Positions 25,645 through 35,184 of a stretch of DNA of 64,000 nt are shown piece after piece (position 1 is the stretch's first letter; every line of letters starts with the position of its first letter). This DNA comes from Minisyncoccota bacterium (GTDB lineage Bacteria > Patescibacteriota > Minisyncoccia > Phycocordibacterales > UBA2100), in the NCBI GenBank assembly GCA_022842645.1, contig JALHPE010000001.1:7711-71710 (forward strand), written 5' to 3'. Made by a program: the position numbers and the translations under genes. The notes under the pieces are model-generated. The model worked only from the letters and a program-made list of their open reading frames with translations. It had not been told where the DNA came from and did not search any database.

Positions 25645-28041
25645 CTAACGTGCTCCTTCGATTCCAAGAAAAGGATCCTTCCCACCACGCACATTCTCAA
25701 TGAGTTGTGGAATCCATGTTTCTGATGTATTAAGCTGCGCAACACGTCCCAAGACGATAAGCGCATCATTGGTGCGACCAACCTGATTATAGGAAAGCCC
25801 CAGGATGAAGAGTGCATTGGCATAATCTGGTGCAAGAGTCCCTGCACGTTCAAGCGCTTGTGCCGCCTCAGCATATGCGCCACCAGCGTAGAGTATGTAC
25901 CCCAAGTTAAACCAGCCAAGCGGATCTTCTTGTACGAGCTGTACCGCCTGCGCCGCCGCCGTGACAGCAGCGTCGCCATTCCCTGCCGACGCCTCAACTT
26001 GAGAGAGTAAATAATATGCGATTGCGAGATCGGGTTTGAGAGCGATTGCCTCCTGGAGATATGTCCTGGCACGCTCTACATTTCCCGTCGCAATAGCAAT
26101 CTGTGCCAAGCGCACTTTCGGCACCGGATTCGTCGGCTGCACCTCAAACGCACGCTCGTACGAAGAGACAGCACTTTCAAGCGCCCCATCGACATTTGCT
26201 CCTGCAAACTCTCCGTATATCTGCGCGAGCGTCAGCCAGTTTTGGTAGTTGTTTTCAAGCTCAACGGCGGTCAAACCATGCCCGATGGTGCGCTCGAGTG
26301 TTGCCTGCAGCGTTGCACGAGCCGCCTCATCGTTTGCTCCACTTTGTGCAAGCGCCGCAAGCTGCACCACGCCAAGCTCGGCAGCAGCACGGTGTGCGCG
26401 GTCATTTTTAGGTGAGATTGTGAGCGCCGTTTGAATGAAAGAGCCCGCGCGCGCAAGATCGCTGGTGTCGCGGTACGTGAATGCTGCGCGATTTACGAGC
26501 GCGTTGGAAGCCACCTCGCGCACAGCTGTTCCGGCTGAAAAGACAACGCCGACACAAAGAATGAGCATGAGTACTGCACAAAGAACTTCGGGCACCTTCG
26601 CAATACCAATACGGAATGAGCGTGGCGATGCGTCGCCAGCCGCACACACAGCAAGAAGAGCTAGAAAGAGGAATGTGACCCCTGTAAGCGCGACACCTGG
26701 GGTGTAGATCATGTGGTACCCAACAAGATAGATGGTGCCTACGAGCGCAATACCAAAGAGCGCCCTGCCGCGCACAAGCGGCCGCACTTCCCGAGTGAAG
26801 CGCACAAAGAAAAAGAGAATCGCAATAATGATGCTCGCCCACGCAATGAGACCAAGTGCGCCGACCGCAAAAATAGAGGTAGGAATGATGCCGACACCAG
26901 TATTGAAATCGGAATTCCAGAATGGTGTGAGATTGACTTCTTGAGGCTTGTAGAGGCCCCACTCGCGGATGAATGAGTTGGGACCCGCGCCAAACACAAG
27001 ATCGCGCGGTGCGCCGAGAGACTGCCTTGCAACGTCAAACGTCCCCTGCCATGACGGACGCACTTCCACCTCGTTAATTTGAATGCGCGATGGCAAGCGT
27101 TCCGCAAACTGTACATTAAAGAATCCGAGAGCGATAAAAAGGATGGCACCTACTGCCCACGGCGCGCCACGCTTTACACTTTCAAGAAGCGATACACCAT
27201 CCACTTTAAGTGCACTCCGTACGACGCCAAGAAAACCAAGGAGCAAAAGTGCGCCCGCCCCCCAGAACACGTCTTTAAAGTGAATAATGAGCACGATAAA
27301 AAGCGCGGAGAGACCAAGCGGAATAAGCACGAGTCTCTGAGCGCCCTGCATGAGCCCACCAACAAAGAGTGCTCCCGAAAGAAAAAGCGCGAGGCCGGCG
27401 AGAATGCCAAGGTCATGCCACGATCCAAAAAGGTTCGCCGTCGGCGTTTGGAGCACACCGAACGAGAACACCGAGGGAACGATGACGTAGAGTACTTGAA
27501 AGACGAGGAGAACGGTGAGTCCGTAGGCAAAGGCTCGAACAGCACGGGTAATCGTCGGACGATGGTCGGTGAGGATGAGTGTTGCGAGTACGAAAATTGC
27601 ATACCAAAGTATGACGGCCACTAATGTATCCTGCTCAACACCCGCGCCCACGATCGACGACATACTCCAGCCTGAAGCGGCGGAGGAAACAAGATAGGCA
27701 AGGGGCAAGAGCCCCAAGAGCGGAATAAGTATTGTACGAGACACACGCACTTCTCCCTCAGCAAATCGTGCGACCGTCCAGAAAAATGCGGTGAGGATAA
27801 CAAACACACTCGCAAGAAGCACCTTCCCCTGCCCTACACCAGCCCACGCGACGGGGATGAAAAGAACGGGAAGTAGTGCAAAGAGTGCTATGAGCAAGAA
27901 ACGAGAGACGGTGTCACCCCAGTGTGTAAAACCCCGTTCATGCTGTGATGCTCGTTCTTCAGTGCGCGGAACATGCTCGGTTTTTTCTGGTGCTGATATG
28001 TGCTCTGACATAGTCGAGATGTGCAGGGGTTTTTGATCCAT
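25645..28041 (-). CDS. O-antigen-ligase/Wzy-like polytopic membrane protein with C-terminal TPR repeats
   Basis: About 12 TM helices in the N-terminal 450 aa. The C-terminal roughly 300 aa show TPR-like A/L/Y/G periodicity. Confidence 0.7.
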   Translation of the reverse strand: MDQKPLHISTMSEHISAPEKTEHVPRTEERASQHERGFTHWGDTVSRFLLIALFALLPVLFIPVAWAGVGQGKVLLASVFVILTAFFWTVARFAEGEVRVSRTILIPLLGLLPLAYLVSSAASGWSMSSIVGAGVEQDTLVAVILWYAIFVLATLILTDHRPTITRAVRAFAYGLTVLLVFQVLYVIVPSVFSFGVLQTPTANLFGSWHDLGILAGLALFLSGALFVGGLMQGAQRLVLIPLGLSALFIVLIIHFKDVFWGAGALLLLGFLGVVRSALKVDGVSLLESVKRGAPWAVGAILFIALGFFNVQFAERLPSRIQINEVEVRPSWQGTFDVARQSLGAPRDLVFGAGPNSFIREWGLYKPQEVNLTPFWNSDFNTGVGIIPTSIFAVGALGLIAWASIIIAILFFFVRFTREVRPLVRGRALFGIALVGTIYLVGYHMIYTPGVALTGVTFLFLALLAVCAAGDASPRSFRIGIAKVPEVLCAVLMLILCVGVVFSAGTAVREVASNALVNRAAFTYRDTSDLARAGSFIQTALTISPKNDRAHRAAAELGVVQLAALAQSGANDEAARATLQATLERTIGHGLTAVELENNYQNWLTLAQIYGEFAGANVDGALESAVSSYERAFEVQPTNPVPKVRLAQIAIATGNVERARTYLQEAIALKPDLAIAYYLLSQVEASAGNGDAAVTAAAQAVQLVQEDPLGWFNLGYILYAGGAYAEAAQALERAGTLAPDYANALFILGLSYNQVGRTNDALIVLGRVAQLNTSETWIPQLIENVRGGKDPFLGIEGAR

Positions 28042-28065
28042 CTCGCTATAGTACCACCGAGACGT

Positions 28066-28098
28066 CGAAAATCCCCACCTGTTGGGTGGGGATTTTCA
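28066..28098 (-). terminator. Rho-independent terminator of the RNase P RNA gene
   Basis: In the RNA sense, AAAAUCCCCACC-CAACA-GGUGGGGAUUUUCG. Confidence 0.6.
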
Positions 28099-28432
28099 TG
28101 TCTACACCGTTAAGCCGGATTCTGTCGAGGGCAGTCATGTATCTGGGATGATTGTTGCCAACCACCTCAAGCGGTTCTCCGTTCAGTTTTTAGGCTGGAC
28201 GACACGACCTTGCACGCAGGTAGGAATTTTGCCGTTGCACCTCTCACGTTTCCATGAGAGCTACTCCTTGCGGAGCCTCTCACCTCTCGGCTCGAGCGTC
28301 TCTGTTCGCATCCCTTGGATTCCGCCAGCTGGCGGACCAGGCGGGCGTTACCCGCTACCATTTGAACTTAATCACGCGTGTCCGGACTTTCCTCTAGGAC
28401 TTTCGTCCCAGCGACTGCCTAGTGCAGATTTG
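28098..28432 (-). ncRNA. rnpB: RNase P RNA (bacterial type A)
   Basis: Reverse complement contains the universally conserved AGGAAAGTCCGGAC (P4 5' strand) and GGTAACGCC. The 3' segment ACAGAATCCGGCTTAACGGTG matches the conserved ACAGAAcCCGGCTTA P4 3' strand. The 5' CAGGCAGTCGC resembles E. coli CAGACAGTCGC. Length about 335 nt. Confidence 0.85.
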
Positions 28433-28465
28433 CATTATCCCACACCTGAATTTTTTAGCAAATCA

Positions 28466-28747
28466 CTAGTTTCCAGTACCCTCCACAGGTTTGGCTTGGA
28501 TAGGACTCACCATCGGCTCGTTGGGAAGGCGTCCATCAATCACAATGTTGTTTTTCTTTTCTATTTCTTCCACCTGAGCTGCAAGACCACGAGAGAGCTT
28601 CTTTGTAAGATCAAGCGGAAGCGTGAAGGCGTGTTTCTTCTCGCCAGACGTAAACACAATTTGCAGAAGCCCGTTCAAGATGCGCGCATGAAATCCTTCA
28701 ATAAAAATCTTGTCCCCTCCCTTCCCGAAATCGTATTGTGGTTCCAT
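28466..28747 (-). CDS. Hypothetical protein (93 aa)
   Basis: ORF only. Confidence 0.35.
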   Translation of the reverse strand: MEPQYDFGKGGDKIFIEGFHARILNGLLQIVFTSGEKKHAFTLPLDLTKKLSRGLAAQVEEIEKKNNIVIDGRLPNEPMVSPIQAKPVEGTGN

Positions 28748-28975
28748 ACCTCTATTCTACTCCCTCTCAGGCCTGAGCCAAGAACTGGTTCATTTGGCGC
28801 CATTTGAGCCAGTTGCCAACCAACCCCTCACCAAGGAGCATGGAGGGGTGACGACATGGTTTTGAGGGTCTTCGCAGGCGCGACGGCGCCGAGACTGAGC
28901 GCTGGGCGAGCACGCCCAGATAGCGACCCGAAAAGCCATGTCGGCAATCCGACTTGCTCTGCCCCTCCCCCTCTT

Positions 28976-29953
28976 CTAATGCTTGCCCGAATCCACCTCG
29001 TAGTTCGTATTCTGCGCCTCGAAGAAGTTCACGAGTTCGAAGACGTCGGTTGAGGTTGTCATCCACTTTGCCGGGTTCGTCACATTGTAGTGCTTAGGAA
29101 GTCCAAGCTCTTCCAAGCGACGATCTGCAACATATTGCACATATTGATTTACGTAGTCGGCATTGAGTCCGAGGATACCGTGTGGGAAGAGATCTTTGTT
29201 GTAGGCAGTTTCGAGATTCACGCCCTCAACGATAATACCTGCAATCTCCTGCGCGAAATCCGCGCTCACGAGCTCTGCATTTTCCTCAAGAATGTTGTGA
29301 ATGAGGTTGATGCCAAACTTCAGGTGGAGGGATTCGTCGCGAATGACCCAGTTGATCATGGAACCGAGGTTACGAAGCTGATTACGCTGACGGAATGAGA
29401 GCGCGACCATGAAGCCCGAGTAGAACCAGATGCCTTCCATCACGATGTTCGTCGCAACGAGGTTTCTAATGAAGTCCTTCTTCCCTTCTGGCGTCTCGAT
29501 ATCGAGCGAATCCTCCATCATGCGCTTCATGTACTTGTTGATGTATGCCTCTTTTGCAAGCATTGAAGGCGTCTGGAGATGAATCGCAAAAACTTCATCG
29601 CGGTTGAATGGAAACGTCTGCAAGACATACTCAAACGCGACGCAGTGATTTGCCTCCTCCCACATTTGCTTTGCGAGATAGAGATGGCACTCGGCAGATT
29701 TGAGATAGGGATAGACCCCAAGTGCGATCGAGCGATTTACGATGAGTTCCGCCGGGTTGAAGAACGCCATCAGGAACTTCACCGCATGACGCTCGTCATC
29801 GGTCATTTTCTGCCAGTCATCAAGATCTTCTTTCAGAGCGATTTCGTGCGGGAACCATGTGTTACGCACGGCCTGGTTGTAGAGATCATACGCCCATTGA
29901 TACTTAATGGGGTGCAAATTCATGTCATCCGGCGTTGCTTTTCCTACGAGCAT
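28976..29953 (-). CDS. nrdB: Ribonucleotide reductase class I beta subunit (ferritin-like diiron/tyrosyl radical)
   Basis: Ferritin-like helices with conserved Glu/His ligand pairs (EANHCVAFEY, ...EGIWFYSGF), 325 aa, directly downstream of nrdA. Confidence 0.9.
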   Translation of the reverse strand: MLVGKATPDDMNLHPIKYQWAYDLYNQAVRNTWFPHEIALKEDLDDWQKMTDDERHAVKFLMAFFNPAELIVNRSIALGVYPYLKSAECHLYLAKQMWEEANHCVAFEYVLQTFPFNRDEVFAIHLQTPSMLAKEAYINKYMKRMMEDSLDIETPEGKKDFIRNLVATNIVMEGIWFYSGFMVALSFRQRNQLRNLGSMINWVIRDESLHLKFGINLIHNILEENAELVSADFAQEIAGIIVEGVNLETAYNKDLFPHGILGLNADYVNQYVQYVADRRLEELGLPKHYNVTNPAKWMTTSTDVFELVNFFEAQNTNYEVDSGKH

Positions 29954-30013
29954 AGAGTTATGTGAAGTTTAATTTAGATAAGTTCTACTTTCTGGATTTT
30001 TAATTTCCGCAGA

Positions 30014-32827
30014 CTACTGACAGGCATCGCACTGTGCGCGCTCTGCCGGATCAACGGGACACACGAACGCCTTTTTTGCCTGCACTGGTGCTTGCGCGAG
30101 CGCGGGAGCGGGAGTCGCAGGTTCTGAAACCGAAGCTTCTCCAACTGTGGCAAAACCCATGCGCGATACTTCTTCTGTGGGAGCCACCGCAAGAGCAGTA
30201 ACAGCTCCTACCGCAAGAGCAGTTGGGGCGGATGAAGGGCTCGATGCCGTAACTGGGAGTACTTCTTGCATGGCGGGTGTTATAGGAAGTGCGCCTTGGT
30301 CCGCCACAGCAGCAAAGCCTCGTGTTGCAGGTTGTGGCACCTCCGTCGAAACCGCTTCAGCCTTCACTGGAACCATTTCTGGCACCTGCACAGGACTCAT
30401 CTGGATAGGCGAAGCAACGGGCTCCTCGTTGGCAAAGACTGGCTGTGCGACCACGTTCGCGAAGCCGCGCTTGCCGGTTATTGCCATCTTATTCACAGAG
30501 GTTGTTGATTGCTCCGCAGTATGGCGTGGCTTCATGTGGAGGTAGTAAGTGGTCTTCAGTCCCTGCTTCCACGCTGCCATGTAGACGTTTTTCATTTCGT
30601 TCATGTCACGGCTTTCAAGATACATGTTGCGTGAGAGTGCCTGATCCACCCACTTCTGCGCACGTGCAGCAACCTCGATGAATGCGTAGGGCGAAGTGCT
30701 AAACGAGGTTTTGTAGATCTGCTTCAGATACGACGGAATTTCAGGAATACTAGAGATATCGCCCTGCTGTTCCACAATCTTTTCTTTCACCTCGTCCCAG
30801 ATCCCCATGTTCTTAAGATCTTTTACGAGGTTGTGGTTGATATCCATGTATTTACCGGAGATTTTGTTTCGTGAGAAGACCTGGGCGAAACGTGGGTCGA
30901 TGCCTGGCGTCGTGCCTGCAACAAGACCAATGTTTGCGTTCGGCGCAACAGCCATAAGCGTCGCGTTGCGCATGCCGCCCTTCACTTTTTCACGAAGGGC
31001 ATCCCAATTGAGCTGTTTATTCCTTGACTCACGCTTCATACCGGTCGAGATGCCACGATCTTCTTCGAGCGCTGCGATGGAATCCACGGGCACCATACCC
31101 TTTGACCAACGCGAACCTTCGAAGTGCTTGTAGACGCCGCGCTCGCGTGCAAGATTGGCACTCTCATCAATTGCCATGTAGCTCACGAATTCGAATACGC
31201 GATCAGAAAAATCTGCCGCATGTCCGCTCTCATACGCCATGCCAAGTTGTTCTAGGGCATCTGCAAAGCCCATGACACCCAGTCCAATCGCGCGATTCTC
31301 CTGATCCCCTTTGACTGCTTCTGGAATAGGGAGTGTGTTTATGTCGATGAGGTTGTCGAGCTGACGAATGGCAAGGCGCACACTCTCTTCAAGCTTGTGC
31401 CAGTTGAGCTGACGGCCCTCGATGTGCCCTGCGAGGTTGAGTGAGGCAAGGTTACAGACCGCAACACTGTCTTTGCTCTGCGGAAGACAGATCTCCGTGC
31501 AAAGGTTCGACATGTGAATGGTGCCGGTGTTGTTGTTGAGGGCACGGAGGTTGATTGGATCTTTCCACGTGAGCCATGGATGCGATGTGGATTGAAGTGC
31601 AGTGAGAATCTGGTGCCACTGCTCGGTTGCCGGCACTTTCTTCCACATGCGGAGCTCGCCTCGCTTTGCCATTTCTATATATTCGGCATAGCGCTTTGCA
31701 AATTCTTTGCCGTAGAGCTCATTCAGATCCGGCGTTTCCTTGGGATCAAACATGTACCAATCTTCCTGCTGCTCCACTCGACGCATAAAATCGTCGGAGA
31801 GGTAGACGGCGGTGTTTGCCGTGCGCATGCGAAGGTAGTCATCGCCTGCATTGTGCTTCCAGTCGATATATTCGGGAAAATCATAATGCCAGTTTTCCAT
31901 GTAGAAGCAGAGTGCTCCTTTCTTCTTGCCGCCACGCTGAACAGCGCGGATTGCAGTGTCCATAATCTTTGCGAACGGCGTGGGACCAGAAGAGACTGTG
32001 TTTGATGATTTGAGAGGAGAACCCGCGGCACGAAGCTTGGTGACAGAAACACCGATGCCACCCGATGCTTTTGATAGCTTCAAGACATCTGCCACCGATT
32101 TTGCGATGTGGTCCATGTCATCATGTACTTCAAGGAGGAAGCAGTTGGAGAGTGCGGGGCGCGGTGTGCCTGCCGCAAGATTTGTGGAGCCACCTGCGAC
32201 GTACAGGTGCTGCGACATGCGGTCGTAGAACTTCTGCGCCATTTCTGTTGGATTAGCCTCGTTGTACGCAAGACCCATCGCGATACGCATGAAGAAATAC
32301 TGTGGCGTCTCGGCAGGCTTCTGCTTCGTATTCTTCAAGGCATAGCGATCGAGAAGTGATGAGAGTCCAGCGTAGGTGAAGATCTCGTCGCGCTCGATCA
32401 TGAGAGATGCGGCAAGTGCCTCGAGGTCGTATTTTTCCGCCATGCGGGTATCGAGGAGGCCGCTCGCGATACCTTCGCGCACGTATTCGGCGAACCGCGT
32501 GCGGTACTTTGCCGCAAGTTCAGTCGGGTTGTCGTTATATTCGCCTATCACGCGACGATATACTGTCTTCAAAAGAAGACGCACAGCCACTTTGTCGTAC
32601 TCAATGTCTTCTTTAATGTTTTGCACCGCGGCGTTGATGGTCGCAATATCCATCTCTTCCGTGGTGATTCCGTCGTAGAGCGTGAGCTGCGTCTCGCTCG
32701 CGATCTGGGTCACCATCGAGATGGGGTCAGTGAGCCCTTGGCACGCTCGTTCAATCGAACGATTAATTTTGTCCGCGTTGAACTGTTCGCGCGCACCGTC
32801 GCGCTTCGTAATGGTCAGATTCACCAT
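30014..32827 (-). CDS. nrdA: Ribonucleotide reductase class I alpha subunit with an unusual roughly 190-aa low-complexity C-terminal extension
   Basis: N-terminal ATP-cone (VTKRDGAREQFNADKINRSI), catalytic core NLCTEICLPQ, and terminal redox Cys pair (CPVDPAERAQCDACQ). Confidence 0.9.
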   Translation of the reverse strand: MVNLTITKRDGAREQFNADKINRSIERACQGLTDPISMVTQIASETQLTLYDGITTEEMDIATINAAVQNIKEDIEYDKVAVRLLLKTVYRRVIGEYNDNPTELAAKYRTRFAEYVREGIASGLLDTRMAEKYDLEALAASLMIERDEIFTYAGLSSLLDRYALKNTKQKPAETPQYFFMRIAMGLAYNEANPTEMAQKFYDRMSQHLYVAGGSTNLAAGTPRPALSNCFLLEVHDDMDHIAKSVADVLKLSKASGGIGVSVTKLRAAGSPLKSSNTVSSGPTPFAKIMDTAIRAVQRGGKKKGALCFYMENWHYDFPEYIDWKHNAGDDYLRMRTANTAVYLSDDFMRRVEQQEDWYMFDPKETPDLNELYGKEFAKRYAEYIEMAKRGELRMWKKVPATEQWHQILTALQSTSHPWLTWKDPINLRALNNNTGTIHMSNLCTEICLPQSKDSVAVCNLASLNLAGHIEGRQLNWHKLEESVRLAIRQLDNLIDINTLPIPEAVKGDQENRAIGLGVMGFADALEQLGMAYESGHAADFSDRVFEFVSYMAIDESANLARERGVYKHFEGSRWSKGMVPVDSIAALEEDRGISTGMKRESRNKQLNWDALREKVKGGMRNATLMAVAPNANIGLVAGTTPGIDPRFAQVFSRNKISGKYMDINHNLVKDLKNMGIWDEVKEKIVEQQGDISSIPEIPSYLKQIYKTSFSTSPYAFIEVAARAQKWVDQALSRNMYLESRDMNEMKNVYMAAWKQGLKTTYYLHMKPRHTAEQSTTSVNKMAITGKRGFANVVAQPVFANEEPVASPIQMSPVQVPEMVPVKAEAVSTEVPQPATRGFAAVADQGALPITPAMQEVLPVTASSPSSAPTALAVGAVTALAVAPTEEVSRMGFATVGEASVSEPATPAPALAQAPVQAKKAFVCPVDPAERAQCDACQ

Positions 32828-33040
32828 AATTTTTTCCTATAAAAGTTAATAAATTCCCCGATTACTAACTACTTCCTCTCCTCTTCGCGCCATACGCCAG
32901 GGGGCAGAAAACACGCTCGTCGCGCTTGAAGCGACAAGTTTTCTACATCCCGGGCGTACGCACGCTCAGTTGACTTAAAGTAACACACGCCCTCTTTGTA
33001 GGGACTTTTTCCACAGCTGTGGATAACCCGATTTATGGCT

Positions 33041-33496
33041 TTATAGAGAGAGATTTTGAGGGAGGGTTGCGCGATCACCAATTTTAATGCGATGTGTGTC
33101 GGAAAATCCAGCGGGAACTTCGAGCACGAATCTCGCGGGTTTCGGAGGGGCAAAAGAGGTTGGGTAACTCTCGGGAGAGGCAGATTTTTCTATATGCACT
33201 ACTTCTCCCTCTTTAGAAAACCAAAGAATGTCGATCGAAATCAACATATCCTTCATCCAAAACGTATGAATGCCCTCTTCCTCAAAGACAAAGAGCATAC
33301 CTTCGTTTGATCCGAGCGATGAGACGCCACTCAAGCCCTGCGTTCGTGCGGCTGGTGAATCTGCAAGCATGACGCGCACGTCTACCCCACCAATACGGAC
33401 GACGCCGGAAGGGGTTATAACCCCTTCCGGCGTCGAAAACCACACACTGAAAGCAAGAATCGCAAAAAAACCAAGAGTAATACTCGCCCACTTCAT
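33041..33496 (-). CDS. DUF192 (COG1430) family protein with signal peptide
   Basis: Matches the DUF192 signature: GLSGV..GMLFVF...FWMKDMLISIDILWF...ARFVLEVPAGF. The start at 33496 (MKWASI) overlaps the upstream stop as TAATG. Confidence 0.75.
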   Translation of the reverse strand: MKWASITLGFFAILAFSVWFSTPEGVITPSGVVRIGGVDVRVMLADSPAARTQGLSGVSSLGSNEGMLFVFEEEGIHTFWMKDMLISIDILWFSKEGEVVHIEKSASPESYPTSFAPPKPARFVLEVPAGFSDTHRIKIGDRATLPQNLSL

Positions 33497-33906
33497 TAGG
33501 CAAAGAGTACCAGAATGAGGGCCATTACGATAAACGAAACGAGCCAGTATCCAGCGGTGATAAAGAAGTATTTCATTGGCTTCATCTCCCAGAGAACCGA
33601 GCCTAGAAGCACTGGTGCCGTAAAGCCGACCCACGACCAGATACCAAGCTCAATCGCGCCAATCCAGTCATAGACACCCCATGCAATCCCGAAATGCGCC
33701 ATGACCCATGCCGCAACGACAGCTGCGAGAAATGCGAGAAATGCCATCATCGGCATTTTTTTCTTCCCTTCTTCCATTTTGCTCATATCGAGCCCTGCGG
33801 CTTTAGCCCAAGAATCACCGAATACTTTCGGGTGATACCATGCCATTCCAAGAATGACATTTGCAATACCGGCTAGGAGAATAGGAACGAGTGTGACTTC
33901 AAACAT
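33496..33906 (-). CDS. DUF1761-like small membrane protein
   Basis: Four TM helices; N-terminal pattern ILGMAWYHPKVFGDSWAKAAGL is typical of DUF1761. Confidence 0.5.
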   Translation of the reverse strand: MFEVTLVPILLAGIANVILGMAWYHPKVFGDSWAKAAGLDMSKMEEGKKKMPMMAFLAFLAAVVAAWVMAHFGIAWGVYDWIGAIELGIWSWVGFTAPVLLGSVLWEMKPMKYFFITAGYWLVSFIVMALILVLFA

Positions 33907-34015
33907 AGTAAAAAGTAGCTAGGTGTATAAATCCCCGTTCCTCTATCGTAGCTCCCCGCGCCCCGCGCGCCAGTGGGGGCTGTGTGCAACTTCTCTCTTA
34001 CTAGCATATGAGTTG

Positions 34016-34100
34016 CGGAGGCGGTGAGATTCGAACTCACGGTACCTTGCGGCACGCCGACTTTCCAAGTCGGTGGAATAAACCACTATCCGACGCCTCC
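34016..34100 (-). tRNA. tRNA-Ser (anticodon GGA), type II
   Basis: Acceptor GGAGGCG/CGCCTCC, D-stem GGA/TCC, anticodon stem CCGAC/GTCGG with loop TTGGAAA, long variable arm, T-arm GTGAGTTCGAATCTCAC, discriminator G. Confidence 0.85.
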
Positions 34101-34138
34101 TTTTACCACAAACTACAAAGATAGCCGAAATACAGCAC

Positions 34139-34843
34139 CTAGACAACCGAAGCTTTAAATCGTCTGTCAGGCACCTTCGCTTCTTTCCACGATTCGTATA
34201 GGCCGGAAATTCTGGGATTCGATGTTCCAAAGACACGCAAATACGATTCCACTGCACGCGCACTACAAAGATAGATTCTGGTGTTTTGCGCGATTATGTG
34301 GGGTTCGATATCATTTTGACGAAAGACGTCTGCTACTTGTCGGATAAGTTCTCCTGATTCGCTAGTAAAGCAAAGTCCGATGTTTTGGTACTTGTTGCCA
34401 AGAGTCGTGTGTCGATGAATATACAAACAACCATCAGTATCCATTAAGCCACGAACGCATGTAGTTCTGTATGAAAAATTTGCAAGAACCCATGATGGAA
34501 TTCGAAGACCTTTTTCAAGTTTATTCCCACTCGACAATCCTTGGGAAATTAAAAAATCTACAACTGTCGTACTATTTAGGACAAGGACGAGCGCATTAGT
34601 ATGTTGCCGCTTGCGTGAGGTGGGACGAATACCGAAAAGATGATCACATAAATCAGAAATATACTCAGCATACTGTGCGTCTTTTTCGGCATTCATTGTG
34701 ATACTCAATTGCCAGGGATTTCCAATACCTCCATCCCCGAGCATAATGCCAAAAAACTCGGCAAGCTTAGATGACTTCTCAGGCAATCGTACAATTTTTC
34801 TGTGACTTTTTGCCGGGTAGCGTAATGTAGCTACTGAACTCAT
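34139..34843 (-). CDS. LAGLIDADG homing endonuclease (double-motif, free-standing)
   Basis: Two LAGLIDADG motifs, LAEFFGIMLGDGGI and VRGLMDTDGCLYI, about 100 aa apart; 234 aa. Confidence 0.8.
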   Translation of the reverse strand: MSSVATLRYPAKSHRKIVRLPEKSSKLAEFFGIMLGDGGIGNPWQLSITMNAEKDAQYAEYISDLCDHLFGIRPTSRKRQHTNALVLVLNSTTVVDFLISQGLSSGNKLEKGLRIPSWVLANFSYRTTCVRGLMDTDGCLYIHRHTTLGNKYQNIGLCFTSESGELIRQVADVFRQNDIEPHIIAQNTRIYLCSARAVESYLRVFGTSNPRISGLYESWKEAKVPDRRFKASVV

Positions 34844-34952
34844 AACACCATTGTAACAAGTGTTTTCGAGCTTACATTTTTTGATTTTTTATCCAGACAT
34901 GTGATATATATCAGTTAGCAGCATCCGAGCTCAAAAGAAAGGAAGTGGACCG

Positions 34953-35147
34953 ATGTCGAAAGAGTGTTTTTGGTTTGTGGCGAGTGCCTGTCTTGTGCTC
35001 ATCCTTCTACCAGGATGTTCGACTGAGGTTAGGCGGCAAAGTGATAAGGAAGAGGTGAAACCACCTCCTCCCCCAGCCCACCGGCCAACGCCTGTACTGG
35101 CACAACCGCCGTCATGTCCTGACGAACGGCGCGCATACTGCGCATGA
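34953..35147 (+). CDS. Small putative lipoprotein (64 aa) with a Pro-rich tail
   Basis: Signal peptide ending in a lipobox-like LLPGC. Confidence 0.35.
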   Translation: MSKECFWFVASACLVLILLPGCSTEVRRQSDKEEVKPPPPPAHRPTPVLAQPPSCPDERRAYCA

Positions 35148-35153
35148 AGTTCT

Positions 35154-35184
35154 TAACAGCCGCATACTCTGCGGCTGTTTTTAT
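35154..35184. terminator. Bidirectional rho-independent terminator
   Basis: acagccgcat-actc-tgcggctgt followed by TTTTAT. Confidence 0.65.

Noticed and set aside
26408-27624. Several ORFs on both strands (26408-26962 minus, 27079-27624 plus and others)
   Set aside because: They lie inside the 798-aa O-antigen-ligase/TPR gene in other frames or antisense, and are Cys/Arg-rich nonsense.
28082-28807. 241-aa plus-strand ORF
   Set aside because: It overlaps the RNase P RNA gene and its terminator. The sequence is explained by the conserved ncRNA on the opposite strand.
32828-33040. NrdR box upstream of nrdA
   Set aside because: No AT-rich 16-bp NrdR-type palindromes are present. Only the GC-rich ccacagctgtgg palindrome occurs, reported as a low-interest finding.
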